A stretch of DNA of 64,000 nucleotides from Tubiluchus corallicola (lineage: Eukaryota; Animalia; Priapulida): positions 248,001-312,000 of the forward strand of contig JAQGDQ010000140.1 in NCBI GenBank assembly GCA_030141605.1. Direction: 5' to 3'. The translations under genes were made by a program, and so were the position numbers. Positions 12,331 through 25,980 of the stretch are shown here, one piece after another (position 1 is the first letter of the stretch; each line of letters begins with the position of its first letter). Under the pieces are notes generated by a model, which was not told the origin of the DNA, did no database searches, and worked only from the letters and a program-made list of their open reading frames with translations.

Positions 12331-14811
12331 GTGGGTAATGAATACTGAGATATGTTACTGTTATCTCCTAGGCTAGCGTGCGTATAATGAAACCAGGTGT
12401 GCAGATGTGTAGAGAGTTGTTATTGTGCATTACCTGTAAGTGTGTTTATTTATTTATTTGGGTGCTCTAGTATGAGAAGTTAGATAGTCTTTGAATAGGG
12501 GGAAAATCCTGTTTTTAAGTTGTATAGACGCTGGTAGTTGTGTGAAAATTGGCTGGACGTTTGCTTACTTTTACGTAGAGCTTTGCAATAATTTATCTGG
12601 TCGCTTAATAGTTTCTGGTCACATTCATGCCACATTATTGATTTTTTGTAACTATTTAAAGTGCAGGCGTGCGTGCGTGTACAGAGATGCATGCTGTGTT
12701 GTGTGGGTTAGAAGGTTTATTAGTAAATTTTGCTTTTGTTCTATAATGGTGTAAAGGTTTAAATTCATGTCTTTTTCTGCTTATACTTGTTATTAATGTG
12801 TTAGCCCTTGTTCCTTATTTAGTTGCACATTTGCCGTTGCTTTATTTTTGTTTGATGTTCTTTTTTCTTGTTTGTATTACAGTTTCACCTTTTTGCAATG
12901 AGTGGAAAATAAAAGACTGTCAAGCAAACAGCCATTTTTTACAGTTATAAAAAACTAAATTTATATTTGATTCGCATGATCCATTTGTGCGTTGGTCTGT
13001 TTAACCCTTTCACTACAGAAGGTGGCACACTGCTGCTTATGTTTTTCTTGTAAGGCGGCAGACTGCTGCCCGAGCTCAGCATTAAGCACAGTTACCCAGG
13101 GCTGCTTATTTCACTGCTACTGCCATGCAAAAACATTGTACAATAGTATAACAGCCATGGATTGTGTTTGCTTCTCAACAAGTAACGTTAACTAGCCAAC
13201 AGCATCTGAAGCCAGGTGCATTCCATAATATTGTACTGTATGGTGCGTTCTCATCCAAAAGTGATTGTTGGTAGTTGGTCAAACGTGTTTGTCTCTTGTT
13301 TTGCATTCTGCATTGGATATTCGTGTAAATTGGCTTCTAAAGATAAGTATGTGTTTATTTGCGTGGTTGTGCGCGTGCGTCCATGCATGAGTGCATATAT
13401 GTGTGCGTAGATGTATGTGCATGTGCATGAATAAAACTAATATCAATATTAGTGTTTAATAACAAATGGCTTTTTGTCTGTTTACAAGATTCTGTTTTAG
13501 TAACACACCACAAGAAGTTATTGACAAATGTGCAAAAGCCAATTCAGTCCTGTTAAAAAGCATTTACCTAGTGAACAGGTTAATGCTCCCCTTGTCTGGT
13601 TTACTAAATACATTTAGAGTTTTAGTAATCAGCCAGAAGAGGTTATTAATCTGTAAAGTACATTTAGTGTTGCCGTTGCTACGATAATTATTGTAATATA
13701 TGATAATATGAGGCATAATACTGTACAAAAAAGAGACTATATGATAATCAATAATTATATGATAATTGAGATACGAAACAAAAACAAAAGTTTGAGAAAA
13801 CTGTGCACTGAAAACACTTAAAACATTACTACTAACTACTGGGAAATAAATAAATGTTGGTTTCATTGTAGTCCGAAGCGGTCAGCTAGTGGTCATAGTT
13901 TCCTGCAAAAAGCAGTAATGTCAAAAAGAATGTCATGGTGACGATTTTTCTTCTGCTGATACAGAAATCGACAGCTTTTTACTGTGTTTTGATAAATTAA
14001 ATTTTGCACTTGACACTTAATTATATACATAATAATAGATAAGTACATAATAATATATAAGTACTAAGTACATAATTATATAATTATATTATAATAATAA
14101 TTTGCTGCAAGTGCGTAATAATTTTGGGTTTTGGGCAAAAATACGAAAGTTTTTAGCCTTCAGTATACAATGTCATACAAGACGGCAACCCTGAGTACAT
14201 TAAACTTCTTAATGGAGACTATTTAACAACTGTTAATGTTTTCAATTACAAACCAAACATTCTTAATTTCATGTCGTTTTTAAGTTTCAGGTTGGCTGAA
14301 ATAAATTAATAATAGCACATTTATAAAGCTTATAAAGTTTAAAGTTTGTTTTTATTTCATCATTTTTCTCATGTTAAATTTAAAGATTATTACACAAACA
14401 AACAAACAGTTTTATAGGCAGAGCCTACAGTGCGGAAGTTCTCATTTATGTATTTACAATACAGCAAAAGCACGTCACATGTGTTTTGACTGCAGCTTGC
14501 AGTCATCATCAGTGATCGACTATGCAAACAAACAACCAGTTTTATTGGCAGAGCCGACAGTATAGAAATTATTCCCTAATTATTATGTATTTACAAGGAA
14601 TCTTCCATGTAAATACATAACTAAAGATGGCTGTTTCATTTTTAATAATTTTGTTTCGAGTTTTTAATCTCACGTCCGATATCTGCTACATGCGTAACTA
14701 TCGAACTGATAGACCATTCCAGTTTTTAAAATACCATATCTCAGGGAAAAAGTAGAGGTTAAATTTCTGTTGTCAGAAAACAGTAATGATTTTCTTGAAA
14801 TTTTCTTGCAG

Positions 14812-14945
14812 AGTTATGGTATGACTGTTGAACTAGTACCTTCCAGTAAGTTGCAGTCAACAATTGATCATCATATTCGAGAAGATCACATGGTTTTCTT
14901 TGACCCCTGCTTCTCAGATCCAAATATTATTGCTGGACATGCAAG
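14812..14945 (+). CDS. Ser/Thr dehydratase-like gene exon 4
   Basis: tttcttgcag|, SYGMTVELVP...MVFFDPCFSDPNIIAGHA, AG|gtaagc. Confidence 0.9.
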
Positions 14946-15162
14946 GTAAGCAGATTTGGGAAAATCACATAGTTGACCTCTGCTTCTGGCAGCACTGCAT
15001 CCCACTTATGGGAACTCTAGACTCTTGAGTAATTAAATATAATGTCATCTGCATGTTTCATGTCACATCAGTTTTGTCAAAAAATGCAAATAAAGTATAA
15101 AAATATTCTTATTTTACTAGCCAAACCCCACAAAAAGAATTTTGTGCACAAATCAACACAAA

Positions 15163-16155
15163 ACACACACCACACCACTCCACCTCATCACACCACACCA
15201 TACCACTCCACCACATCACACCGCACAGCACCACACCATAACACCACACTGCACCACACCACCCACCCACCTACACACCACACCACCCACACCATACCAC
15301 TCCACCACACCGCACCACACCATACCACCTACACACCACACCACCCACACCATACCACTCCACCACCTCACACCACACTGCACCACACCATACCACTGCA
15401 CCACCCACACACCACACCACCCACACCATAATACTTCACCACATCACACCGCACAGCACCACACCATAACACCTCACCGCACAGCACCACACCATAACAC
15501 CACACTGCACCACACCACCCACCCACCTACACACCACACTGCACCACACCATACCGCTGCAGCACACCGCACCACCCACACACCACACCACACCACCCAC
15601 ACCATACGACTCCACCACATCACACCACACTGCACCACACCATACCACTGCACCGCACCACCCACACACCACAACACACCACCCACACCATAATACTCCA
15701 CCACATCACACTGCACAGCACCACACCATAACACCACACTGCACCACACCACCCACCCACCTACACACCACACCACCCACACCATACCACTCCACCACAT
15801 CACACCCCACCGCACCACAACATACCACTGCAGCACACCGCACGACCCACATACCACACCACACCAACCACACCATACGACTCCACCACATCACACCACA
15901 CTGCACCACACCATACCACTGCACCACACCACACCGCACCACCCACACACCACACCACACCACCCACACCATAATACTCCACCACATCACACCGCACTGC
16001 ACCACACCATAACACCACACCGCACCACAACACCCACCCACACACCACGCCACCCACTCCATACCACACTACCCACACCACACCCCACACACCCTATCAC
16101 CCCACCACACCACCCATAGCACAACACACAAAGCACACCACCACCACACCACATC
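15163..16155. repeat. CA-rich low-complexity tandem repeat (CACAC/CACCA units with higher-order blocks) in intron 4
   Basis: Direct inspection; source of the His/Thr/Pro and Val/Trp/Cys ORFs. Confidence 0.9.
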
Positions 16156-16249
16156 AAATCCACCACCTCACGTGGTGATCATGATGTTGATGATGATGAT
16201 GATGATGGTGGCAACGATGACAACACCTATAGCACAAGCACCAACAGCA

Positions 16250-17130
16250 CAGCATTACAACAAAACCATTCCAAACATTTTTCACAAAGTTGAAACTATG
16301 TGCTATAATATAATAAATAGCAAAGGCCCCGCAAAAGATTTTGCGTATAAATACACGTGTAATCAATAATACGCGAACATCCTACCTAGTCCACATTTAT
16401 AACACAAAGCCCGTAACATCGTGCCTACTGTTTGTTTAACTAACGCAAAGCCTGTAGCTTTTTGCTCAATTAAAGTTATAAGATTATAGACAGAGTACAA
16501 TGGATGACGTCACAACAATGCCTTTGCGTCAGCAGTTTTCTAAGTGAAAATTGCCGAAAATAGAACTCCTAACTAACTCGTTGATACTCCTCTCGGTGGA
16601 CCTGCCCTAAAATATATCCCACATCATCGTGTAGCCCTGTCCTTCCTCTTTGTAAAGAGCTATATATCTCCTTCCGAGAGTCCCACCAGGCGCCGCTAGA
16701 ACGTTTTTCCCGCATGCTGTTTGGTCAAAATTTCGAAAAAATCGCGAGTTGGGTCCGGGAAAACGCCCGTTGCGGGGCGCCCTGGCCCTCTCGGGAATTC
16801 TAAATATGCCTACTACACCCACCGCTGAACGGGCTATCTATCCATACCCAGCACCCCCCTCGGCCCGTTCCCGTTCTCTACATCTCAGCCGTATAACTTT
16901 TACAAAAAACGGCCAAAAAAGGGCCATTTTTGGGGGTTTTTCGCCTCCCCCTCCTCCCGGTGGGCCCGATTCGAAAAATAAACCATCAATGGCACGACAC
17001 TAGATCGAGACCTTTCATTTGATATATAGATCGCCGCAAATGGTGCCCTCGTCGAAGCTGTAGCCTCGAATCTTATATATAAATAAATAAATATATATAT
17101 ATATTAAGATACCAAGAATATTAATATAAT
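16250..17130. mobile_element. Non-autonomous transposon-like insertion (GC-richer than flanks; possibly Helitron/HINE-like)
   Basis: Abrupt GC increase and an (AT)n-rich end; shares the core agacctttcatttga with another segment near 50270. Confidence 0.35.
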
Positions 17131-17663
17131 AGTAGATAGTAGATGCATGGCTATTTTAGCAGCAGTGTTTTTTCTGTGCAGCATTATGGTGTGTGCTTAA
17201 AGAGTTCTTAAAGTAGACAATTCAATGTTCATGTTATGAAACAACATTTAATTTTGGTCCGATTTTGGTAGCAAATTATTTCATAGCTAGTACGGAAGGC
17301 AATACCATAGCAATGCATTAGATTATTTGTTTTTTTGAGTTTTTTTGCCCAATTTCCGGACCATTTATTGTTGCTATAAATCTATTTTATCGCAAAAATG
17401 TTGAAATTGGAGTGACTCTATTGTGATGTCACGACGTAAAAACTGCCTAAAAACATGAACAAAGAGAATTACAGCGAAACAGATGATTTTATAGGGTTAC
17501 ATCTCAAGCGAGTGACCCAAAAAGAAACAGTGATTTCCTTGTTTTCATTGCCTTGGTGCTTTGGATTTGCTGGCATATTCAGAAAGATGTTAAATCTTTA
17601 TTCTGCTCATTACGAGTTTAGTACCATGTCTTTGACGCAGATAAATGGGGATTTCAAATTTAG

Positions 17664-17809
17664 TGCAGGATTTGAAATTTTGGAGGATTGTGTTCACCCG
17701 GATGTGATTGTTGTTTCCTGCGGGGGAGGAGGATTATTAGCTGGAATAGCCACTGCTGTCAAACGCGCTGGTTCAAGCTGCCGAATATATGGTGTAGAAC
17801 CCGAGGCAG
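17664..17809 (+). CDS. Ser/Thr dehydratase-like gene exon 5 (tetraglycine loop)
   Basis: tttag|, SAGFEILED...DVIVVSCGGGGLLAGIATAVK...IYGVEPEA, CAG|gtgcga. Confidence 0.93.
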
Positions 17810-20537
17810 GTGCGACTTTCTTAAATTTTATTGATCTGATTTTATTCATTTTGTACTGATATGTTTATTTATACTATCATGCATACTTTCACATCTTTCA
17901 TTTTGTGATCTTTTGTTTCTGTCAGCCATATATGTGTGCGCATATTCATACACTCAATAAATATGATCTATTGTCACTTACAGCTGGATAAGTTAAACCA
18001 TCTAGTTTTACTGGCTGGTCCATTATAATTGCCATTAGAAATACAGCGAAATAATTTATTTTGACTAAATTAATATTTTGTTCATTTGCATTTAGCTGCT
18101 GTTTAGCTGTTTTTTTGTGTTCGCTCCACCCCTGTACTGCAAAAGGTTTTTGTTTTTAGAGTCATTGAGAAATCTGTTAATTGTAGCGAAAAATGATAAT
18201 ATAAAATCATTTTAAGTCTTACAGTTCATTTTTTTAGTATTACTAGCCACATTAATTTAAAGCACAAGAAAGCTTTTTACTTTTATGAAGCTCAAAAAAT
18301 TGACCTTGAAATTTTGTATCACTTACATACTGCCTTATTATGTACAGACCGTGTATTAGCAGCACGAAACTTTAAAATTTAGACTTCCGCAATGAGCATT
18401 AGGCACAGCAGGTCGTTTGAAACAAGTTTAGATACATTACAAGTAAATTATCTAAACAGTCAGATACATGGATGAATTATCTAGATACAGTCAAGTAAAT
18501 TTAAGATTTTAATATGGTTGTACTGTAGATCTAAACGAAAATGTAAAATTAAAGGTTAAGAATTCATTTAAAGATTATGTTTTAAGATATCTATTATAGC
18601 TCGTTACAACACTGTATAATGTAATATAATTACAAGGGAACTACAATGTGTGGTTATTATAAAGTTGAATGTTTGTAGATATGTTACTTTACTAATATCG
18701 CATTACCTTTGTAAACTGTATATTTTTATACGAAATAAACTCATAATAATAATAATAATTGCGTTAATTTTGAAAAAATAATCAAAGCATTTGTAGCGCA
18801 CGCTTCCCTAAATAAGCAAAGTATGAATTACTGTATCTTGTCTATAAAATTGATAATACGTTTTTGGTGAATCAGTGGTGTACACTGGGATGGCAATGTG
18901 GCGCTGTTTTAACAAATGGCATGAACATTTTATATTATTAAGGATTTTCTTTTCTAAGTACGAATGTCTTTCAAGCAGATAAATGTAATGCTAAGTAACA
19001 TAACTTTGTGTGGAAAGTTTTTTGCAGCACATTTTAAAATTGCCTTTCCTGCCCCTTTAGCTCTTCTGAAAAAGAATTACCGCATAATTTCACTATTTGC
19101 TATAGTTTGCTTATACTTGTATGTTTATTTATTTGCTAATGTATATAATCGTATTCGTTACATAGAAAACGAGCAAGGTAAAAATATTGCATCACTAGTG
19201 ACTCATTTGGTCTTTCAACGAATCAACAAGTGTGTCAAAACTCTTTAAATTTAGCTGTAAACAGTCATTAGATGCTCCTAGATGCGTAAGACTGATAAAT
19301 GCAGCACAATGTGTGTAATTATTACAGAAGGTACTTCTCGGTACTTCTGCATAATTACAGAAGTATATGGAGAAACTTAATTATGGTTGAACTTTGTTTT
19401 CATATGATCAAATTTTTGTGCAGAATTATTTGCTCAAAATTGGCGATATTAAAATTAGTGCGTAAGTTGCTTTGATTTGCATAAACTGCTTAAATTCAGT
19501 AAGTTGCATAAGACAAATTGACAAGATGCTGATCACAATGTACATTCATTTCCTTGATGCCACATAAGGTGTCTCTCGCATAAGTTCATAGTCAACCAAA
19601 ACTCTGTTTATCCAACTTTTGCTTCTGTACATTATGGAAGAGAAAACCCACCCTAAGACTTTGCTCATTTGTCTATTTTACGATGATGCCAAGTTTTGCC
19701 AAATGTTAGCTTTTGAGAACAAGTAAGAAGCGTACAAATAATTCTTTAAACTTTGAATATACTTTCCGTTATAACATGTATGCAATTATTGTTACTACAC
19801 GTTAATAATGAACATATTGATTTTTATTAGCTTGTAATTGAAAAGAAAATGTCATTGAAAGTTCAGTAGGCTTCAGTTTTCGTGGGCGTAATTACGACAG
19901 AGATTAGTGTTATTGCGAAAGCACATTTCTCACCTGCACATGATCACGTCATAAACTTAATCAGCAGATTACACTAATCCAGGTAAGCAGATTACTCAAG
20001 TACAACACCTGCTGCAAGGGACGAAAATACTCTACCTTAATGAGTCATATAATGTCAATAATTCTCACAAATAAAGAGCTAAGATGAAAAATAACAAACA
20101 AAGGCTGTGTTTAATGATTGTTTGTGCTTTTTCTTTTTCACCTACAGTGGTAGAGTGAACTTCATGTGTTTTCCTTTTGCTGTTTTGTGAGATTTGTACC
20201 TGTATCTATTTTGGTCACTAAGAATTATCTCGGCATCGTACATTTCTTATAGATGGAATGACGTCATAAGATGTGGGGGTGATGTCACCAAGCGGGCAAA
20301 CTGATTCTCTGCATTTAATTAGTATTTATGCCCTTTTTGAATGCCATCTTATTCATCCATGTTTTGTTTGTTTATCTGAAATATTTCTGCAGTCATTTGC
20401 ATTGTGTCTGTTTTGAAACACTTTCGTACTTATTCAAATTTATTAGTGAGTAAGAAGTTTAATATGATTTTTTTATTTTTTGTAAATCTGTCTGACAACA
20501 TTAAAAAATCTAATATAATTATTAAAGGTAACTCTAG

Positions 20538-22048
20538 TGTGCACGCTCTGTACAGTTATTGAATGTACTGAAATGCATATGTGCATGCCCTGTTCAGTTA
20601 TTGAATACACTGAAATGCATATGTGCATGCTCTGTACAGTTATTGAATACACTGAAATGCATATGTGCATGCTCTTTACAGTTATTGAATGTACTGAAAT
20701 GCATATGTGCATGCTCTTTACAGTTATTGAATATACTGAAATGCATATGTGTGTGCTCTGTACAGTTATTGAATGTACTAAAATACATATGTGTGTGCTC
20801 TGCACAGTTATTGAATGTACTGAGATGCATATATGCATGCTCTGTACAGTCATTGACTACACTGAAATGCATATGTGCATGCTCTGTACAGTTATTGAAT
20901 ACACTGAGAGGCATATGTGCATGCTCTGTACAGTTATTGAACGTACTGAAATGCATATGTGCATGCTCAGTACAGTCATTGAATGTATTGAAATGCATAT
21001 GTACATGCTCTGTACAGTTATTGAATGTACTGAAATGCATATGCGCATGCTCTATACAGTTATTGAATGTACTGAAATGCATATGTGCATGCTCTGTAAA
21101 GTTATTGAATGTACTGACATGCATATGTGCATGCTCTATACAGTTATTGAATGTACTGAAATGCATATGTGCATGCTCTGTAAAGTTATTGAATGTACTG
21201 AAATGCATATGTGCATGCTCTGTACAGTCATTGAATGTATTGAAATGCATATGTGCATGCTCTGTACAGTCATTGAATGTATTTAAATGCATATGTGCAT
21301 GCTCTGTACAGTTATTGAATGTACTGAAATGCATATGTGCATGCTCTGTATAGTTATTGAACATACTGAAATGCATATGTGCATGCTCTGTACAGTTATT
21401 GAATGTACTGAAATGCATATGTGCATGCTCTGTACAGTTATTGAATGCACTGAAATGCATATGTGCATCCTCTTTGCAGTTATTGAATGTACTGAAATGC
21501 ATATGTGCATGCTCTGTACAGTTATTGAATGTACTGAAATGCATATGTGCATGCTGTGTACAGTTATTGAATACACTGAAATGCATATGTGCATGCTCTG
21601 TACAGTTATTGAATGCACTGAAATGCATATGTGCATGCTCTTTGCAGTTATTGAATGTACTGAAATGCATATGTGCATGCTCTGTACAGTTATTGAATGT
21701 ACTGAAATGCATATGTGCATGCTCTTTGCAGTTATTGAATGTACTGAAATGCATATGTGCATGCTCTGTACAGTTATTGAATGTACTGAAATGCATATGT
21801 GCATGCTCTGTACAGTTATTGAATGCACTGAAATGCATATGTGGATGCTCTGTACAGTTATTGAACATACTGAAATGCATATGTGCATGCTCTGTACAGT
21901 TATTGAATGTACTGAAATGCATATGTGCATGCTCTGTACAGTTATTGAATACACTGAAATGCATATGTGCATGCTCTTTACAGTTATTGAATGTACTGAG
22001 AGGCATATGTGCATGCTCTGTAAAGTTATTGAATGCACTGAAATGCAT
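20538..22048. repeat. 42-bp minisatellite, ~36 copies, in intron 5
   Basis: Unit gctctgtacagttattgaatgtactgaaatgcatatgtgcat, tandem with no spacers. Confidence 0.97.
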
Positions 22049-22829
22049 AAAACAACTTGAACTTCACAACTTTTTAGCTATTAACAACCAATCTCTTACA
22101 ATTCAATGTGTTAAACACCATTCGTAACTTATTGTAGTCAAGATGGATGTGGGACTCAAGCACAACTTTGTAAATTACATGAGTAAAAGCACAACATATT
22201 TTTGATATAAGCTGATCGCCAAGTGCGAGGAAGGGGGCACATCTTCTCCTTCTTTTGTTTGATTATTTTCTTGATCATCTTTCTTCCATTTTTTACCTTC
22301 CTACTCGACTAATTGCAGCTATTTTCTAGTTTTCTTATTTCATTCTTTCTTTCTTTGTCCTTTCCAGGCACAATTTCTTACATATCATTGTTTTTCCTTT
22401 TTATTTGCAATCAACCCTTTTAGTTCCATTGTTCTTTTTTTGTTTTTATTTGTTCTTGTTTTCAAGCTTCTGTATTCTAAAAAATTAACTGCTTACAGGA
22501 AAAACATGCATAACTCATGCAAGGCAATTATCCTCAGCCATTTCTGTTTCACATTCAGCCATTCTTACAAGCTATTATAAGCTTCTTGAATTGCTGCAGT
22601 AGTATAATCATAAATACATCCTAATTGCTGTCATTATACCTGTTAACTTGAACTAAAATTATGCAATGATGTACATATATGCATGTAAAATGTATATTAC
22701 TATGATATACTATTGATGTGAAATATATAAATTGAAACAAGTGCTTCAAGAACTTGTACAAGATTTATAACTGAGCCAAATCTGTTAAAAGATTACAAAT
22801 GTGTCACAATGGCACATTATTTTTGATGT

Positions 22830-23285
22830 TAGTGCCTCCTCAATGGTCGACCCCCCTTCTGGGTCTTCTGGAGCAATCAACATTTCTATAACTTCTGTTA
22901 CACGCTCTTTATCAAAATTTTCGAAACATTGACTCCTATTTTTTTACATACATCCATTTCACTAGTTTCATCATCTGGTCTAGTTGCAAATACCTCGTTA
23001 GTGAATTTTTTGTTGTTCAATGTCTGCCAGTCTTTTTACATTTTGTTTCCTGTATTGCGCTCCCGAAGGGTTTGATTCTTATATTTTTTATCTTGATAAG
23101 AAATCAATGCAAACACAAGTTCATTTCATTTAATTAAAGTGTTGTGCACTTAAGTAATTACACGTATACTGCATTATTGCTTATGCTAAACTTAAAAATT
23201 AAAGAATTTCTTGCAGAAATTGGCACCCCCAAAATTTGCCACGCTAGGCAACTGCCTAGTTCGCCTAGTGGTAGAGTCAGTATTT
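22830..23285 (-). mobile_element. Probable hAT DNA-transposon remnant in intron 5
   Basis: Minus-strand fragment PSGAQYRKQ resembles hAT transposase N-termini; ctaggcaactgcctagttcgcctagtggtag resembles hAT subterminal sequence. Both are recalled family traits, not a search result. Confidence 0.35.
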
Positions 23286-23383
23286 TTTCTCACACTTTCA
23301 GCAACAATATTACTTGCATTACCTTTTACCAAAAATGTTGTTCTTTGTCACTCTGTCTGACAAAAATATATCTTATGTTTCAG

Positions 23384-23476
23384 CACCTACGATGTATGAG
23401 AGTTTTCGCCGAGGACGTCCTGTAGGCATGGATATAAAACACACAGTTGCTACTGGCCTTTGCCCACCACGTGCTG
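23384..23476 (+). CDS. Ser/Thr dehydratase-like gene exon 6
   Basis: tgtttcag|, APTMYESFRRGRPVGMDIKHTVATGLCPPRA, CTG|gtcagt; phases 1/1. Confidence 0.88.
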
Positions 23477-24843
23477 GTCAGTAATTGCAACACAAATGTC
23501 ACTGTTAAAACCCTAGAATAGCATAACGCTGTTTGATATTTTAGCATTTTTACTGCCAAATCTAATTTTTTGTGCAGAGTTGATGTTTCCGCTGAGATTG
23601 TATTATGTATTGGATTAAATTGTATATTATGATGGAAGGTAACAACAATATTTATGTACCATATCTCATTTAACATACAAAATTAGCACTAATGACCGCT
23701 TGGGCACTTAAACAATGCAAGGGAGGATGCAACACGCAAATAACGTATACGTGTCGGCAGCTGCTGGTGTTGAACCCAAGACTGCATGGCTGCAGCCGTA
23801 GTCTAAAGTCACTCGGCCATTGAACACAGGACTAGTTTTCATCAGTAGCCATTGGTCGAAAAATAGCCATCGTCATATGAGTTACTTTACCAACAAAAAC
23901 AGTATATCTGACAGAACAGTTTTGATCAGCATGTATCCGTATCGACAACGACACTGTTTGTTTGCCTTCTTAAATAGGGTTGATGAGTCTGTTTTTACCT
24001 TAATGATTTCAGAGATGATTTCAGTGACTCAAAACAGCAAAATGCATTATTGTAATCAGATAATGCTTAATTAATTTGTAGTAAGTGCAGGAAATAACTA
24101 CCTGACTGGTTTCCAGATATGACCCCTGGTGATTAGCAGATATACTAACGGCAACATGTTTTTTCCTTGCGGCATTTAAATCATTTGAACGGATGATGTT
24201 TAATTATCTTGGTATCTTGGTAGTTTATCTTATAAAGCACCAACATTTATGTTCTGTCAATAATCGTGACTTCAATATTTCAGGATTTACTCATTTAGCC
24301 AACATATAAAATTCAAACAAATACAGATTTATGCATTTCTGGGAAGGAATTCACAATTACCCCCCCCTCCCAATTTAAATACCCTAACCTTAGCCCTAGC
24401 CATAACCCTAACCTAACCTAACCCTAATTCTAATTTGTCCCTAATCGTAATCTACTTCACGAAATAATTTCTTGTCTGTGGGAAATCGTAAATTTTAGCC
24501 CACTTCTGTAACAATTTAAGTCGGTATGTTTATGTGTATTAAAGCTGCGTGTGTGAGAGGACATTAATATTCTGATGCTTCGTCCCATGACACTTCTCTC
24601 ACTTCAACTTTGAAAAATCGCACATATTTTGGAGACAAAATACACAGTTTCATGCACAGGTTCTAATGAGCGACAGAGTGATTTAGGGTGGGTGGGTGAT
24701 GATGCGATTGAGGTTTAATTTAGGCTGATCACTTTTAGAAGTTGCAAATGTATTATGGGGACAGTTGGAGACTTAACATATGTTAACAGTCAAATTGAAT
24801 TTATGTAATTTAATCTATATGACTTTAATTTTTGCGTTTTCAG

Positions 24844-25091
24844 GTACTAATACATTCCGGCATTGCCAGCAGTTTGTGGAAGACATTTTTCTCGTTTCTG
24901 ACTCGCAGATTATTGATACTCTGTGGAAGTTGTACAATGTTGGTCTACTGGTTGAGCCGTCCGGAGCTGCTGCACTAGCAGCATTGCTTTATGGAAAAAT
25001 TCCCGATGTTGCTGGTAAAACTGTTGTCGTTGTCATCAGCGGTGGCAACGTGACTCCCAATGAACTTGTTGAGCTTCAGAAACAGAGTTAA
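24844..25091 (+). CDS. Ser/Thr dehydratase-like gene exon 7 (last)
   Basis: ttttcag|, GTNTF...LVSD...LLVEPSGAAALAALL...VVVVISGGNV...KQS*; EPSGA and SGGN motifs. Confidence 0.94.
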
Positions 25092-25980
25092 AAACCTGGA
25101 TGCAATGTGGCTTCTTGGGAAACAAATCAAGCTGCTGAATCATGATCGCAATCATTTTTCGAAAAGGAAAGGTATCACAAGGGACACTTGATAATTAGTG
25201 TTATGAATTAATTTAATGGTACAAATGTAACTTCTAAATTTGTTCAAGATTACGTGTGATGGTGTTATATTGCTAGTCTAGTAATGTATATAATTATATT
25301 GGTTATAATGATCATCATGTTCTGATCAGTCACAGGTTCAATTCCCTAAGTAGATATGAGATTCTTGTTTGTTGTATTGATTACAATGAGATTAATAATC
25401 ATTAATTGGCATTTTTCTTGCTGGCCACAAATTAGTGATTTTTGCCGCTTATTAGTAGCTAATTATTACCTTGTAAATAGTTAAGAGAATTGCTTATTTT
25501 GATAACTATGTTTTTTCGCACAGACGTTGAGAATTAAAAATAATACAATAATTGTAAAACGCGGTGTAATAGCTGCAAAATTTCATCATTAACGTTATCC
25601 TGATCTGCGGCAAACATTCATCAATGAAATGTGTGCATTAGGAAACAAAGATGTTGACTTAATATAGATTGACGTAGAGCAGGTTCTTTGTTATGCAACG
25701 TGTTTGTTTATTTGTTTAACTATATGTGCTGCTGTGATGAAAATGTTAATCTGTGATCTTTGCTGTTTTAATTGTTAACTTTTATAAATTTAAATTCGGA
25801 TCATGATCTTTTGGAGCAAAGTGTTTTTATCATTAAATTTTTGTAATTATTGCTTTTATGAGTTTTATTTGAGTGATTTTTCTTTGGTTGAATTTTTTGC
25901 AGACCTTACAGTAAACCAAAGTGCACTTTGGTAATCTGGACATATCAAATAATTAGACTAACTTTTGTGAAAAAATGAAA

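Larger units (their letters stand above)
9939..25091 (+). other. Gene span: 7-exon PLP fold-type-II serine/threonine dehydratase / serine racemase family enzyme, 338 aa
   Basis: Exons of 28+171+197+134+146+93+248 = 1017 nt form one open frame; all introns are GT-AG with matching phases (1,1,0,2,1,1). Confidence 0.88.

Noticed and set aside
15042-16090. His/Thr/Pro-rich and Val/Trp/Cys-rich ORFs
   Set aside because: Artefacts of a CA-rich intronic simple repeat.
20538-22048. CRISPR-like array or metallothionein-like gene
   Set aside because: Units are contiguous with no unique spacers, the context is eukaryotic with no cas genes, and ORFs are open in most frames simply because the 42-bp unit lacks stops.
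24382-24445. Interstitial telomere (ccctaa)n
   Set aside because: Short and degenerate; such tracts are common inside invertebrate MITEs.
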